A stretch of 64,000 bases of DNA from Candidatus Latescibacterota bacterium (GCA_965204375.1 OZ241986.1:4448001-4512000), one strand, 5' to 3'; positions 40,011 through 49,286 are shown, counted from the first letter of the stretch. Program-made: numbers and translations. Notes: generated by a model from the sequence alone, not told the origin.

Positions 40011-40311
40011 TGCCCCTTACTCAGATTTGGGTGGCAACGGAATATCGAACTATTTTCATTTGCCCAATTCAGGGTTTCTTTTTGTGCATATAAAACCGTT
40101 TTCAGGCGCAATTGTATTCATCTATGACATCGAGGAAAACGTAACGTATTTTCATAAAGATTCAAGCAATTTTTGTGTGTTTTTATCGGACCAGCTCAAT
40201 TGTTGCGACAGCGTAGCAACTATTTCTCCTTTTGGAATGACGACTTTTACGCGAAGGTTGCGGTTGATGGCTGGAATTGGCGCATCAGATTGAGTTACTT
40301 CTTTGATTCCG

Positions 40312-40344
40312 CTGGATTGCGGCTCAAAATCATGCCGCAATGAC
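40312..40344 (-). repeat. 33-bp REP-like palindrome, second copy
   Basis: CTGGATTGCGGCTCAAAATCATGCCGCAATGAC. Confidence 0.85.
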
Positions 40345-40558
40345 AATCGCAAGATCAATATGAACAGCCTTTTTTCCCGCGATGCAGTAATTTCTAATAA
40401 AAAAGGGATGCGGATAGGTTCGCATCCCTTTGTCAATACAATCTTTATGGTTGGATACCGGATTGGGCGAGTTCGAGGAGGTCAAGCGGTGCGCTCACAA
40501 AACTCGTGCTGGAGAGGTTGTTTGAGAGGACTCAAGGGCAGAATGTGAGGCCAGTTCA

Positions 40559-40583
40559 ATTGTCGTATCAGTGATACGACAAT
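40559..40583. promoter_or_regulatory. Perfect 25-bp palindrome of unknown function
   Basis: ATTGTCGTATCA-G-TGATACGACAAT. Confidence 0.5.
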
Positions 40584-40734
40584 CTAGGAACCACACCAGA
40601 CGATTATTAAAAAATCAGAAAGGTGAGTGTAAAAGCAAAAAGACCTGTAGGCACAAAAGTCTGTACTATATTTTTTTAGGGACCTTACGCTTACAGGCTT
40701 ATTGGTAAGTAAAAAGGCTACCTTGTTCGGTAGC

Positions 40735-41064
40735 CTATTTGTTAAGTAAATCAAACATTTTATCGAAGAGCATTTTGATAATGCTTAGTAGTCCTACAAC
40801 AACCACGAAAATTACGCCTATTGTCCCTCCGTAGATCCAATTCTTTATTTTTTGGACCTCTTCTCTCGTGGCAAAATAATTGGTAAGTGTTTCTAGGGAG
40901 GTCAGGCGACGTTCGGTCTCAAGTTCTACACTTCTAGGGGCAGTCCGATTATCAGGATTATCAGGATTTGAGGAACTACTTTTATCCACGACCTTCCCTC
41001 CGTGCTTCAGCTCTATCCATCCAGTCCCATATAGTCCTATAACTATAACCAGAATAACTGCCAT
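40735..41064 (-). CDS. Small coiled-coil plus TM protein (DUF1640/XhlA-like; start likely near 40989)
   Basis: ERRLTSLE...ATREEV..IKNWIYG followed by a hydrophobic helix. Confidence 0.5.
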   Translation of the reverse strand: MAVILVIVIGLYGTGWIELKHGGKVVDKSSSSNPDNPDNRTAPRSVELETERRLTSLETLTNYFATREEVQKIKNWIYGGTIGVIFVVVVGLLSIIKMLFDKMFDLLNK

Positions 41065-41314
41065 TTAACTTAAAGACAATACCATTAGCACCTTCAATAC
41101 GATTCGTTCCTTTAAGCCCTATGGAAGTTGCTACTTCATCTGAAATTTCTGTACTTGAAATAAGAAAACAATTATCTGCTATTCGGCAATAATCGTGGTA
41201 TGTATTCGCAATCTTCACTTTAACAGCTTCTTGGTTTGTTTCTGCTAAAATAATGACAAACGTGCTCCAATCTTTTTCAGATAGTAATATTCTCTCTAAT
41301 TGGCTTCTGTCCAT
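40982..41314 (-). CDS. Hypothetical protein
   Basis: GGAG RBS, 110-aa ORF overlapping the next gene. Confidence 0.55.
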   Translation of the reverse strand: MDRSQLERILLSEKDWSTFVIILAETNQEAVKVKIANTYHDYCRIADNCFLISSTEISDEVATSIGLKGTNRIEGANGIVFKLNGSYSGYSYRTIWDWMDRAEARREGRG

Positions 41315-41421
41315 CTCCTATCTCCTCGCTCCATTTTTGACATCATGTCTTGTTTTGAAATGCTATTATAATATAAAGAAAACAGGGGACAATACAAATC
41401 GCCCTCGTTAATCACTCGATT

Positions 41422-41589
41422 TTACTCAGCTTCATCTCTCTCGGCACGCATTAGGGCGAAATACTCAAAAGGATACGATCTATTTGAAGTTGCAGAAATT
41501 ACGCTGAAATCAGTGGCTAAGAAGCCATTTGAGCCGTGTATATCTAACTGCTCTTTCAGGTCTTCAGGACTTGTAGCTCTCACCGATAG
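41422..41589 (-). pseudogene. Small DUF4177-like ORF truncated at its 5' end by IS256
   Basis: Hand translation LSVRATSPEDLKEQLDIHGSNGFLATDFSV...EYFALMRAERDEAE*; the frame runs into the IS end. Confidence 0.4.
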
Positions 41590-42911
41590 CGTCCGTATAT
41601 TTCTGTAAAATTAAAAAAGTCACCGTAGCTCCGAGAAAAATCTTAAAATAGGGGTGAACGAAGTAATATAAACCCTAACCTTGGAGGCTACGATGACTCA
41701 CCCCAAAGATATACAAATAACCGCGCCAGAGCAATTCGTACTTTTGAATGACCCTGATTTTCTCAATCAGGCTGTGACCCGCTTCCTCCAGCAGTTTATA
41801 GAAGCGGAGATCACATCGTTTTTACAAGCAGACCCTTATGAGCGAACCACACAGCGAACGGGCTACCGTAACGGGTATAAACCTCGGATTGTCAAAACGC
41901 GCGTAGGTCGTATCGAGCTTAGCGTTCCTCAAGATCGAGAAGGGCGATTCCACAGTGGCTTATTTGCACGCTTTCAACGCAGTGAAAAAGCGCTTATTCT
42001 TGCCCTTCAAGAGGCGTATCTGCAAGGGGTCTCCACACGCAAAGTAACCAAGATCACAGAACAGTTATGTGGTACCAGCGTCTCAAAGTCTCAGGTCTCT
42101 GATCTGTGTCAAGAACTTGATGCAGACATAAACGCATGGCGCGATCGCCTCCTCGAACAGGCATACCCTTATCTGATCATTGATGCGACCTATCTCCACA
42201 TCCGCTCTGGCGGACAGGTCGCTACTCAAGGCGTCTTAATCGTTTCTGGGATCGCAGAGAGTGGACATCGAGACATCCTATCCATAGATGTGGCGCACAC
42301 TGAGACAGAAGCCACGTATGCTGATCTGTTTAAAGACCTTAAAAAGCGTGGGTTAAAGGGCGTGCAACTCGTCATCTCTGACCACCACGAAGGCTTACAA
42401 AACGCCATCAAACGACACTTTCAAGGGGCCTCTTGGCAGCATTGTCAAACCCATTTTCACCGAAACATCAAAGGCATCACACCCCCCAAGCATCAACGTG
42501 AGGTTGCCGAGGCACTTAAAGACGTTTTCAATGCACCAGATTACAACACCGCACAACAGCGCCTATCGCTACTGATGGACACCTATGAAGAGATACTGCC
42601 CAATGTGGTGGACAAAATAGACCAGGATATTATCCATTGTCTGGCCTGCTTCCACTTTCCAAAGAAGCACCAAAGACGCATCCGGACCACCAACCTGTTG
42701 GAACGACTCAATCGGGAGATCAAAAGACGGGCTGATGTGGTGCAGATCTTCCCCAATCAGGAGGCTTGTCAACGTCTGATCGGCGCCTTGTGTATGGAGT
42801 GGTCTGAAGAGTGGATCACCGGCAGACGCTATCTGGACATGAGGTATTTGAAATAAAAGCTCTGACCCCTATTTCACGGAACTACCTTTTTACAGAACTT
42901 TGGTCGGACTT
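41589..42911 (+). mobile_element. IS256-family insertion sequence (ends approximate)
   Basis: Imperfect IRs GTCCG..TTCTGTAAA / TTTACAGAA..CGGAC; no flanking TSD visible. Confidence 0.85.
41681..42856 (+). CDS. IS256-family (Mutator) transposase, apparently intact
   Basis: YRNGYKPR, VPQDREG, GVSTRKV, IIDATY, ISDHHEGL, CQTHF, RTTNLLERLNREIKRR. Confidence 0.97.
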   Translation: MEATMTHPKDIQITAPEQFVLLNDPDFLNQAVTRFLQQFIEAEITSFLQADPYERTTQRTGYRNGYKPRIVKTRVGRIELSVPQDREGRFHSGLFARFQRSEKALILALQEAYLQGVSTRKVTKITEQLCGTSVSKSQVSDLCQELDADINAWRDRLLEQAYPYLIIDATYLHIRSGGQVATQGVLIVSGIAESGHRDILSIDVAHTETEATYADLFKDLKKRGLKGVQLVISDHHEGLQNAIKRHFQGASWQHCQTHFHRNIKGITPPKHQREVAEALKDVFNAPDYNTAQQRLSLLMDTYEEILPNVVDKIDQDIIHCLACFHFPKKHQRRIRTTNLLERLNREIKRRADVVQIFPNQEACQRLIGALCMEWSEEWITGRRYLDMRYLK

Positions 42912-43103
42912 GGAAGCGAGGAAGATATTATAGCAGTGAGGGCAAACTTTACAAAGTCCAGCAGAATGCAACTCAAAAAGGTTGGAGAATTAGAAAGAGG
43001 GGATGATTTAGTAGTTGAGTGTGTCGTTGCAGGAATTGACAAGGACAACAATATTCATCTCAACGAATCTCGCATTATAGTCGAAGGTGTTGTCAGAAGG
43101 TAG
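42912..43103 (+). pseudogene. OB-fold-like gene tail truncated by IS256
   Basis: LERGDDLVVECVVAG...IHLNESRI; no start outside the IS end. Confidence 0.4.
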
Positions 43104-43259
43104 AAGTTGAATGTGTAAATTTTCTCTTGTGCATTAGAGAGAGTTTGTCTAAATTCAAAGAAACAACAATTATAGTGGGATCGACCGAGCACCATTCGGT
43201 CGATCCCGTTTGCCATTTTGAACCAATCTCCTTAGAGGAGACCCATAAAGGGATCAAAA

Positions 43260-43436
43260 ATGACAAATAAACAAGAGATTATCAACTTTTACTGTGACAG
43301 TCTGAGCCATCTGGCAATGATGCTGAAAATTAATAGAGCGAAAGGATACCAACTAACAGACTACAAAATTGTAGAGAAACAATTCAGTTACGGAATCCAG
43401 GTCGATCACTACATCCAGATGAAATTACAAAATTAA
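43260..43436 (+). CDS. Small hypothetical protein (58 aa)
   Basis: Hand translation MTNKQEIINFYCDSL...HYIQMKLQN*; AAGGGA RBS-like site. Confidence 0.4.
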   Translation: MTNKQEIINFYCDSLSHLAMMLKINRAKGYQLTDYKIVEKQFSYGIQVDHYIQMKLQN

Positions 43437-43529
43437 CTGTCGGACGGACGGGAAGCCAAGCCTTGCGAGATATGTAGTTAGAAAATCAAACATTTGCAGA
43501 GAGTAAATTAACCTGAGAGGAGAACAGTA

Positions 43530-43754
43530 ATGGCTAAGAAATTTGACCATACGTTAAAATACGTATGCTTTGAAGTAAAAACAGAACCACCTGAATTCAT
43601 ATCACATACGGGACGAAACCAAACTTTAGAAGAAGCCTTAAGAGGGTATAGAGAATACAAAGTAATACATATAGAAAGTATGCCAGGAGATCACAAAAAT
43701 GAAAGAATATACTTCGTTGTTATGGAGTATGAAGGTGTAGAGGAGGAAGTATAA
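43530..43754 (+). CDS. Small hypothetical protein
   Basis: Strong GAGGAG RBS, 74 aa. Confidence 0.6.
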   Translation: MAKKFDHTLKYVCFEVKTEPPEFISHTGRNQTLEEALRGYREYKVIHIESMPGDHKNERIYFVVMEYEGVEEEV

Positions 43755-43907
43755 TAATTATAAGAGAGATAGCAAGCAGTAGAAACAACTAAAATCAATC
43801 AAATAAACAACGCGGAGGTCGTCTCAGACAGGAGACGACCTTTTGTTAGTAAGTGACTGTGAACTAATAATTTAGAGAATAAGCCTGTAAGCGTAAGGAC
43901 CCTTTTT

Positions 43908-44087
43908 TTAATTCTTTTTCTCGTCTGAATCCTTTTCCACGCCATTATTGGCATGAATGATTGACAAATCAATCTCGGGATATGCTTTTTTGATGGCGTC
44001 AAGAATTTCTTGACGGCCTTCCTGGAGACCTTCTTGACGACCCTCTTCACGACGTTTTTCAAAGAAACGTTCCAGTGCCCAATTCAT
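43908..44087 (-). CDS. Small Rpn C-terminal-like protein
   Basis: REEGRQEGLQEGRQE repeat; GAGGGGAG RBS before ATG 44087. Confidence 0.55.
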   Translation of the reverse strand: MNWALERFFEKRREEGRQEGLQEGRQEILDAIKKAYPEIDLSIIHANNGVEKDSDEKKN

Positions 44088-44146
44088 GGTATCTCTCCCC
44101 TCAAAACTATCGAGACAATTATTGCGACAGTGTAGCAACAATCTCC

Positions 44147-46516
44147 TCACCGCTCAACAGACCCCATACTATCTGCCTCTCTCGGCGGCGTCCCCAATTT
44201 CCATCTGTCTATAAGCCTGCGTATATCTTCGGGATTTTCAAGCGGTGGACCCAGGCGGAGCAGGTTTTCAAGCGAAGAAACAGCACGAGTTATATCACCC
44301 GACTCGTAAAAATAGATAGCCAGCGCGTGATAGTGTGTGCCAACGAGTTGCCATGTCTCTGGGAAATCGAGCGCGTATGGAGGCACGCGTTTTTCGACTT
44401 CCAAGAGAACATCATAAGCCTCTCTGTGCATACCCAGCCGAATGTACGCGCGGACAAGCCCATCAAAGAGAATCAAGTAATTGCTGAGCAAACGGCGAGC
44501 AACCGGGTCTTTGTGAACCGTACTATCCGCAACGCCGGTGTACCGATAGACATCGAGCAAATTGCGCCTGATCTTTTCCTCCTCAAACTGCTCGGGTCCC
44601 CGGGTCCTGACCAATTTATACGCCATCCCCTCCATAGACAAATAAGACTTCAAACCCGCCATATTAATATCGGGTACGGTCACGGCAAAATAAATGGGCC
44701 GCTTTTCCCAGTTGTGTTTCACAACGCGCCATATCATCAAAGTATGGGGTTCCAGAACCGGCACCGTCTCTCTGCCTCTGCCCGTGGGATACCCGACTAT
44801 GGGAAGATCCCCCCCCTCGAGTTTAAGACCTGCTACCTCTACGCTTCTGTCGTAATCCCAGGGAAGAGCCCCAAGCCATTCTTCAATCTCATCATCCTCC
44901 AGATCAAATTCAATACCGAGCCTCTTCAGCTGTTTAATGTACCACGAAGTCTTAATCAAACTGAGATTGACAATTTGAATATCGTTTCGCACGCCCTCAA
45001 CGCCCTGCAAAAACCACAGAGGATACGTATCGTTATCCCCATTGGTAAACAAAATCGCATTCTCCTCACAGGTAGCCATAATATTATAGGCATAATCATA
45101 GGACACAAAATCGCCCGTGCGATCGTGTACGTGATAATTTTTCACCAGAATACCCGATGGCACCAGAAGCATGAGGATCGCCGCGACACCTGCCAGTGAT
45201 GGCGTCTTCATCCAGGCGATAAGCCCCGCAGCACCAATACCCATCCATACACCAAAAAATGTATAAGCCCCCACAAAGATATATTCGCGCTCGCGGGGTT
45301 CTGGATCGGGCATATTGAGATAAAGCACAAGCCCCACGCCCATCAGGGCAAACATGGCAAAAAGGGAAGCAAAGCGTTTCCAATCCATACGCAGGTGATA
45401 CACAGCACCGCCAATGCCGAGCGCGAGCGTAATCAGAGAATATTGAATGATCTGATATCGGCTCATATAAACATCTACGGCACGGCGAAAAACTGCGGAG
45501 ATCCCATCAAAAAACGGAAACTGCTGGAGAAAATATTTGATAAAAATATTAAACTGAAAAGCCCAGGGTTCGGCGCGGCGTGGAAAAACAAGGTGGATCC
45601 CGTATTGCTGGCGCCCCATAAATGCTTTGAAATTCTCCCAGGTCTCGGGATCGTTCATATCAATCACAGGATTGAGACCCGAACGGATAAAAAGGGCGAA
45701 ATACGTGGAAAAACCCAGCGCACCGATGACAACTCCCAAAACCCAGAACTGAGGGCTGCGCCACTCAGGTCTCAAAATGAGCAACCCGATGATGACAGCA
45801 CCCGTCAGGAGTGCGGCGACACCAATGGGAAAAACAATAGATAAGAAAGGATAGAGGGTAAGCCCCACGACCACGAGCACCTGATGCTTAAGTGGTCGAT
45901 CTTCCATCAAATCGGTAAAAAGCAGAATGAGAATACCGGGAATGGTGAGCAAACACTGGAGATGTACACCTGCGCCGAGTCCAAAAAGATAGGCAATAAA
46001 GAGCAAGAGGCGATCGCTATTGTGGTCTTTGTGCGCGTCATCCCAGCGCAGAGCCACCCACACCGCCAGCATGGTAATACACATCGACAGGCCATAAACC
46101 TCGGCTTCGATGGCGTTATTCCAAAAAGAAAAAGAGAAAGCCGTGCTGAGGGAGGCAACCACACCACCAACAAGGATAGCGACTTGTTGGATAGTATCTT
46201 CGCGATCCAACCAGGAGGAGAGCAAACGGACAGTACACAAATAGATGAGAACAACTGTGGCAATACCAGCAGCAGCCGACAGGAGATTCACGCGAAAAGC
46301 GATTTCTCCAAAAGGCAACATGGAAAAGATACGCCCCAGCAAAGTATAGAACGGCGCGCCGGGGGGATGGGGAATGCCCAGAGTATAAGCAGTGGTGATG
46401 AACTCGCCACAGTCCCAAAATGCAACAGTAGGTGCCAGTGTCGAGAGATAGATAACAGTCGTGACAAAAAATACCAGACCAGCGACGATCTTATTGCGCT
46501 GTCCAAATCCGTTCAT
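44147..46516 (-). CDS. DUF2723 / TMEM260-like GT-C membrane glycosyltransferase
   Basis: LAPTVAFWDCGEFI..LGIPHPPG.P, EAEVY, REREY, FTNGDNDTYPLW.LQ.VEG.R.D. Confidence 0.92.
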   Translation of the reverse strand: MNGFGQRNKIVAGLVFFVTTVIYLSTLAPTVAFWDCGEFITTAYTLGIPHPPGAPFYTLLGRIFSMLPFGEIAFRVNLLSAAAGIATVVLIYLCTVRLLSSWLDREDTIQQVAILVGGVVASLSTAFSFSFWNNAIEAEVYGLSMCITMLAVWVALRWDDAHKDHNSDRLLLFIAYLFGLGAGVHLQCLLTIPGILILLFTDLMEDRPLKHQVLVVVGLTLYPFLSIVFPIGVAALLTGAVIIGLLILRPEWRSPQFWVLGVVIGALGFSTYFALFIRSGLNPVIDMNDPETWENFKAFMGRQQYGIHLVFPRRAEPWAFQFNIFIKYFLQQFPFFDGISAVFRRAVDVYMSRYQIIQYSLITLALGIGGAVYHLRMDWKRFASLFAMFALMGVGLVLYLNMPDPEPREREYIFVGAYTFFGVWMGIGAAGLIAWMKTPSLAGVAAILMLLVPSGILVKNYHVHDRTGDFVSYDYAYNIMATCEENAILFTNGDNDTYPLWFLQGVEGVRNDIQIVNLSLIKTSWYIKQLKRLGIEFDLEDDEIEEWLGALPWDYDRSVEVAGLKLEGGDLPIVGYPTGRGRETVPVLEPHTLMIWRVVKHNWEKRPIYFAVTVPDINMAGLKSYLSMEGMAYKLVRTRGPEQFEEEKIRRNLLDVYRYTGVADSTVHKDPVARRLLSNYLILFDGLVRAYIRLGMHREAYDVLLEVEKRVPPYALDFPETWQLVGTHYHALAIYFYESGDITRAVSSLENLLRLGPPLENPEDIRRLIDRWKLGTPPREADSMGSVER

Positions 46517-46543
46517 AGTATTTCTACTCGCAAGTATGGGTTC

Positions 46544-47224
46544 TCACTCTGGAAGGTCTTCGGGTCGCTCAATTTCAATATCGACAAACGTGCCGTCAAC
46601 CCGTGCCATAACATAAAAAACCTCATTGCCCCTCAAGACCCATACTGAACTACCTGTACCGTGCATGAGAACGGGTTCAGAGGGACCATAGGTATTGGGA
46701 GGCAGGTCTTCGGGTCCATAAATCTGCACACTCCCATACGTGGGATCCCATTTCAAAAAAAAGAGACTATCGCCCTTCAAAACCCAAGCTCTGGACCCAC
46801 CACCAGCCATCATAATCGGTTCCGATCCAGCATCTGAATCCGGAAGTTCTTCAGGACGCTCGACTTCCAGTCTCACAAACGTACCTTCGCGTTTTGCAGC
46901 GACAAAATAGACATCGTCGCCCCGCAGTATCCATGCAAAATCACCCGTGCTTTGCAGGATCAGAACTTCTTTGATATCCTCACCACCGATTTCCTGGGGA
47001 CCGTAAATCTGCGCTTGTTCAAACTCCCTATCCCATTTGAGATAGTAAATTTTATTGCCTTTCAAAATCCAGGATGTCACCCCGCTACCGCCTATCATAG
47101 CGGGTTCGGGTTCTTCTTCATCCTGGGCAAAAACAGGCGCGGGTTTAGACAGCGATAAGCTTGTGCAAGCAGTGGAAAGTAAAAACAGAGCAAGGAGCAC
47201 ATAGAAAAAACGCCGATTAGACAT
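46544..47224 (-). CDS. Putative lipoprotein with an internal tandem duplication
   Basis: LSTAC lipobox; two ~90-aa repeats each with W.LKG..LKWD..QIYGP and W.LRG..GTFV..E.ERPE.LP. Confidence 0.7.
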   Translation of the reverse strand: MSNRRFFYVLLALFLLSTACTSLSLSKPAPVFAQDEEEPEPAMIGGSGVTSWILKGNKIYYLKWDREFEQAQIYGPQEIGGEDIKEVLILQSTGDFAWILRGDDVYFVAAKREGTFVRLEVERPEELPDSDAGSEPIMMAGGGSRAWVLKGDSLFFLKWDPTYGSVQIYGPEDLPPNTYGPSEPVLMHGTGSSVWVLRGNEVFYVMARVDGTFVDIEIERPEDLPE

Positions 47225-47384
47225 GTGTGATCCTCCGGTTGAGATAAAAAAATTTTTAGACGGACAAATGTATGGGTTATGGAAGAATGAGTCAAGGGGC
47301 GGCGAGACGTGAATGGCTCCCCCCTCTTACCTCTCACCTTTAAACTATACACCCCAGCAAACCAAAAGTTCTAACCAAAAAAAT

Positions 47385-47421
47385 AATAGGCCACATCGGG
47401 CGAACCCGTTTGTGGCCTATT
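47385..47421 (-). terminator. Intrinsic terminator after the sigma factor gene
   Basis: AATAGGCCACA..TGTGGCCTATT with an adjacent A-run on the + strand. Confidence 0.7.
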
Positions 47422-47437
47422 GGAATAGCGGTCCGTA

Positions 47438-48295
47438 TTAATGCAAATAAGATTTCAGCGGACGGCTGCGCGAAGTATGGCGCAATCGCCGAAGTGCTTT
47501 CTCTTTAATCTGACGCACGCGCTCTCGAGTCAATCCAAAACGTTCGCCAATTTCCTCGAGGGTAAGTGGCTGTTCGCGATTGATGCCAAAATAAAGTGTA
47601 ATAACTTCGGCTTCACGAGGGGTGAGGGTAGCGAGGGCTTTTTCTATTTCTCGTCTGAGTGCGTCATCGAGAAGTGGATCGTCGGGAGGGGGTTGCATGC
47701 CGTCTTCGAGCACATCGAGCAGATTATTGTCTTCGCCATCTTTAAATGGCGCATCCAGTGAGAGATGCCGGCTCGAAATTTTGAGTGTATCGCGCACTTC
47801 AAAATCATTCATGCCGAGTTCATCGGCAATTTCACCTGGACTGGGTTCGCGACCATACTCCTGTTCGAGACCACTCGATGCCTTGCCAATTTTGTGGAGC
47901 GCGCCAACTCGATTCAGCGGCAGGCGCACAATGCGAGATTGCTCGGCCAGAGCCTGTAAAATCGCCTGTCGGATCCACCACACGGCATAAGAAATAAATT
48001 TGAAACCCTTAGTTTCATCAAAACGTTTGGCAGCTTTGATAAGCCCAAGATTTCCTTCATTTATCAGGTCGCCCATCGAAAGGCCCTGATTCTGGTATTG
48101 TTTGGCGACACTTACCACAAATCTCAGGTTGGCTGTGGTCAATTCTTCCAGGGCACCTTGATCGCCCTTTTTTATTCGTTTGGCCAGCACGACTTCCTGG
48201 TCTGCTGTAAGCAACGCGACTTCGCCAATTTCTTGCAAATACTGATCCAGTGATTCGTCTTCACGAGCATAAGGTCTTTTAGATAGTCTTGGCAC
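47438..48295 (-). CDS. RNA polymerase sigma factor, RpoD/SigA family, short FCB-type (no region 1.1)
   Basis: [62 protein letters not shown]; GTG start after GGAGAGG. Confidence 0.93.
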   Translation of the reverse strand: MPRLSKRPYAREDESLDQYLQEIGEVALLTADQEVVLAKRIKKGDQGALEELTTANLRFVVSVAKQYQNQGLSMGDLINEGNLGLIKAAKRFDETKGFKFISYAVWWIRQAILQALAEQSRIVRLPLNRVGALHKIGKASSGLEQEYGREPSPGEIADELGMNDFEVRDTLKISSRHLSLDAPFKDGEDNNLLDVLEDGMQPPPDDPLLDDALRREIEKALATLTPREAEVITLYFGINREQPLTLEEIGERFGLTRERVRQIKEKALRRLRHTSRSRPLKSYLH

Positions 48296-48496
48296 TTCGT
48301 CAACCTCTCCTTCTTTGCACAGGGGATTTGCGCAGGTAGATAACACCTGCAAGGATAAAGGACAAAGGTCTGTGAAACGACAAAGGGAGAATCTTACATG
48401 AATACCTCCTATCTTTACCCGATTGCCATGCTAAATCCCTTCCCTTTCTCGACACGGCAACGAGGCTCTAACTTCTGGTGGGGCCAGAAGAAGTTT

Positions 48497-48814
48497 CTAA
48501 TCTTCTCTATCTGATTCTTGTAATGTTTTGAATTGCGCTTCCTGATTTTGCAATTGCTCTTCGAGCTTGCCAATAGTCGCGATTTGACCTTGAACCGCTT
48601 CAGTTTGTGCCTCAATGGCGGCCTCATGATCTTTGAGTTCCTCGTATATTTGTCCGCCAAGTTCAGTAAATGCATCGTGAATATCGTGGCGGGTACGTGC
48701 AATATCGAGGCGTGCGCGGCCGAGTTTGCCCAGATGTTCGGCTTTTTCCGCAGCTGTAGCTGCGCCATCGCGAAGACCTTGCTTGATTTTTTCCCAAAGA
48801 GTTTCGGAATTCAT
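48497..48814 (-). CDS. Coiled-coil hypothetical protein
   Basis: LWEKIKQGL..KAEHLGKLGR.RLDI...ELGGQIYE; GGAG RBS. Confidence 0.7.
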   Translation of the reverse strand: MNSETLWEKIKQGLRDGAATAAEKAEHLGKLGRARLDIARTRHDIHDAFTELGGQIYEELKDHEAAIEAQTEAVQGQIATIGKLEEQLQNQEAQFKTLQESDRED

Positions 48815-48830
48815 TGTGTTTGCTCCAGCA

Positions 48831-49286
48831 TTAAGCGTCAGTTTGATTTCTTTTTGCACTGCGAAGTTCGGATAGCAACTGCGCTCGATTTGCGCGTGAA
48901 ATCTCCCGCCCCTGAATATTAATACCCGGCGTTTCACGAGCAATCTGGCGCAGGCGATGTACCGGCAGATTTTCGAGATCCTCTTCGTTCTCTTCGCCTA
49001 CTTCATCCGCTTTTTCCACCAACCCAAAAACATCGACGAGATCTTCGTGTGGATTCGGGATCACGTGATGCGCCACCAGAGTGCCCACCTGTTGCGCAGC
49101 CTGCACACCAGCTTCAACCGCAGCCTGCACTGCGCCAACATCGCCTAAAACGCGAATCGAAATAATACCACCTTCTATTTGTTCAACAGCAGACAACTCA
49201 ACAGCCGCGGCTTTGGTTGCTGCATCGGCAGCTTCTGTAACGCCGACAAAACCCAGCGTTTCAATGAGTCCGAGGGCAGGTTTCAT
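48831..49286 (-). CDS. Bacterial microcompartment hexamer shell protein (BMC-H) with a C-terminal extension
   Basis: ALGLIETLG..EAADAATKAA.V, GDVGAVQAAVEAG, HVIPNPH; acidic linker then a ~40-aa helical domain. Confidence 0.93.
   Translation of the reverse strand: MKPALGLIETLGFVGVTEAADAATKAAAVELSAVEQIEGGIISIRVLGDVGAVQAAVEAGVQAAQQVGTLVAHHVIPNPHEDLVDVFGLVEKADEVGEENEEDLENLPVHRLRQIARETPGINIQGREISRANRAQLLSELRSAKRNQTDA

Larger units (their letters stand above)
40679..43902. mobile_element. Non-autonomous transposable element with passenger genes (IS1595-like ends)
   Basis: 25-bp TIRs GGG(A/T)CCTTACGCTTACAGGCTTATT (24/25) at 40679-40703 and 43878-43902; 8-bp TSD TTTTTTTA at 40671-40678 and 43903-43910; AT-rich cargo. 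Confidence 0.85.

Noticed and set aside
40679-43902. Prophage remnant
   Set aside because: No phage hallmark genes; TIRs plus TSD explain the boundaries as a transposable element
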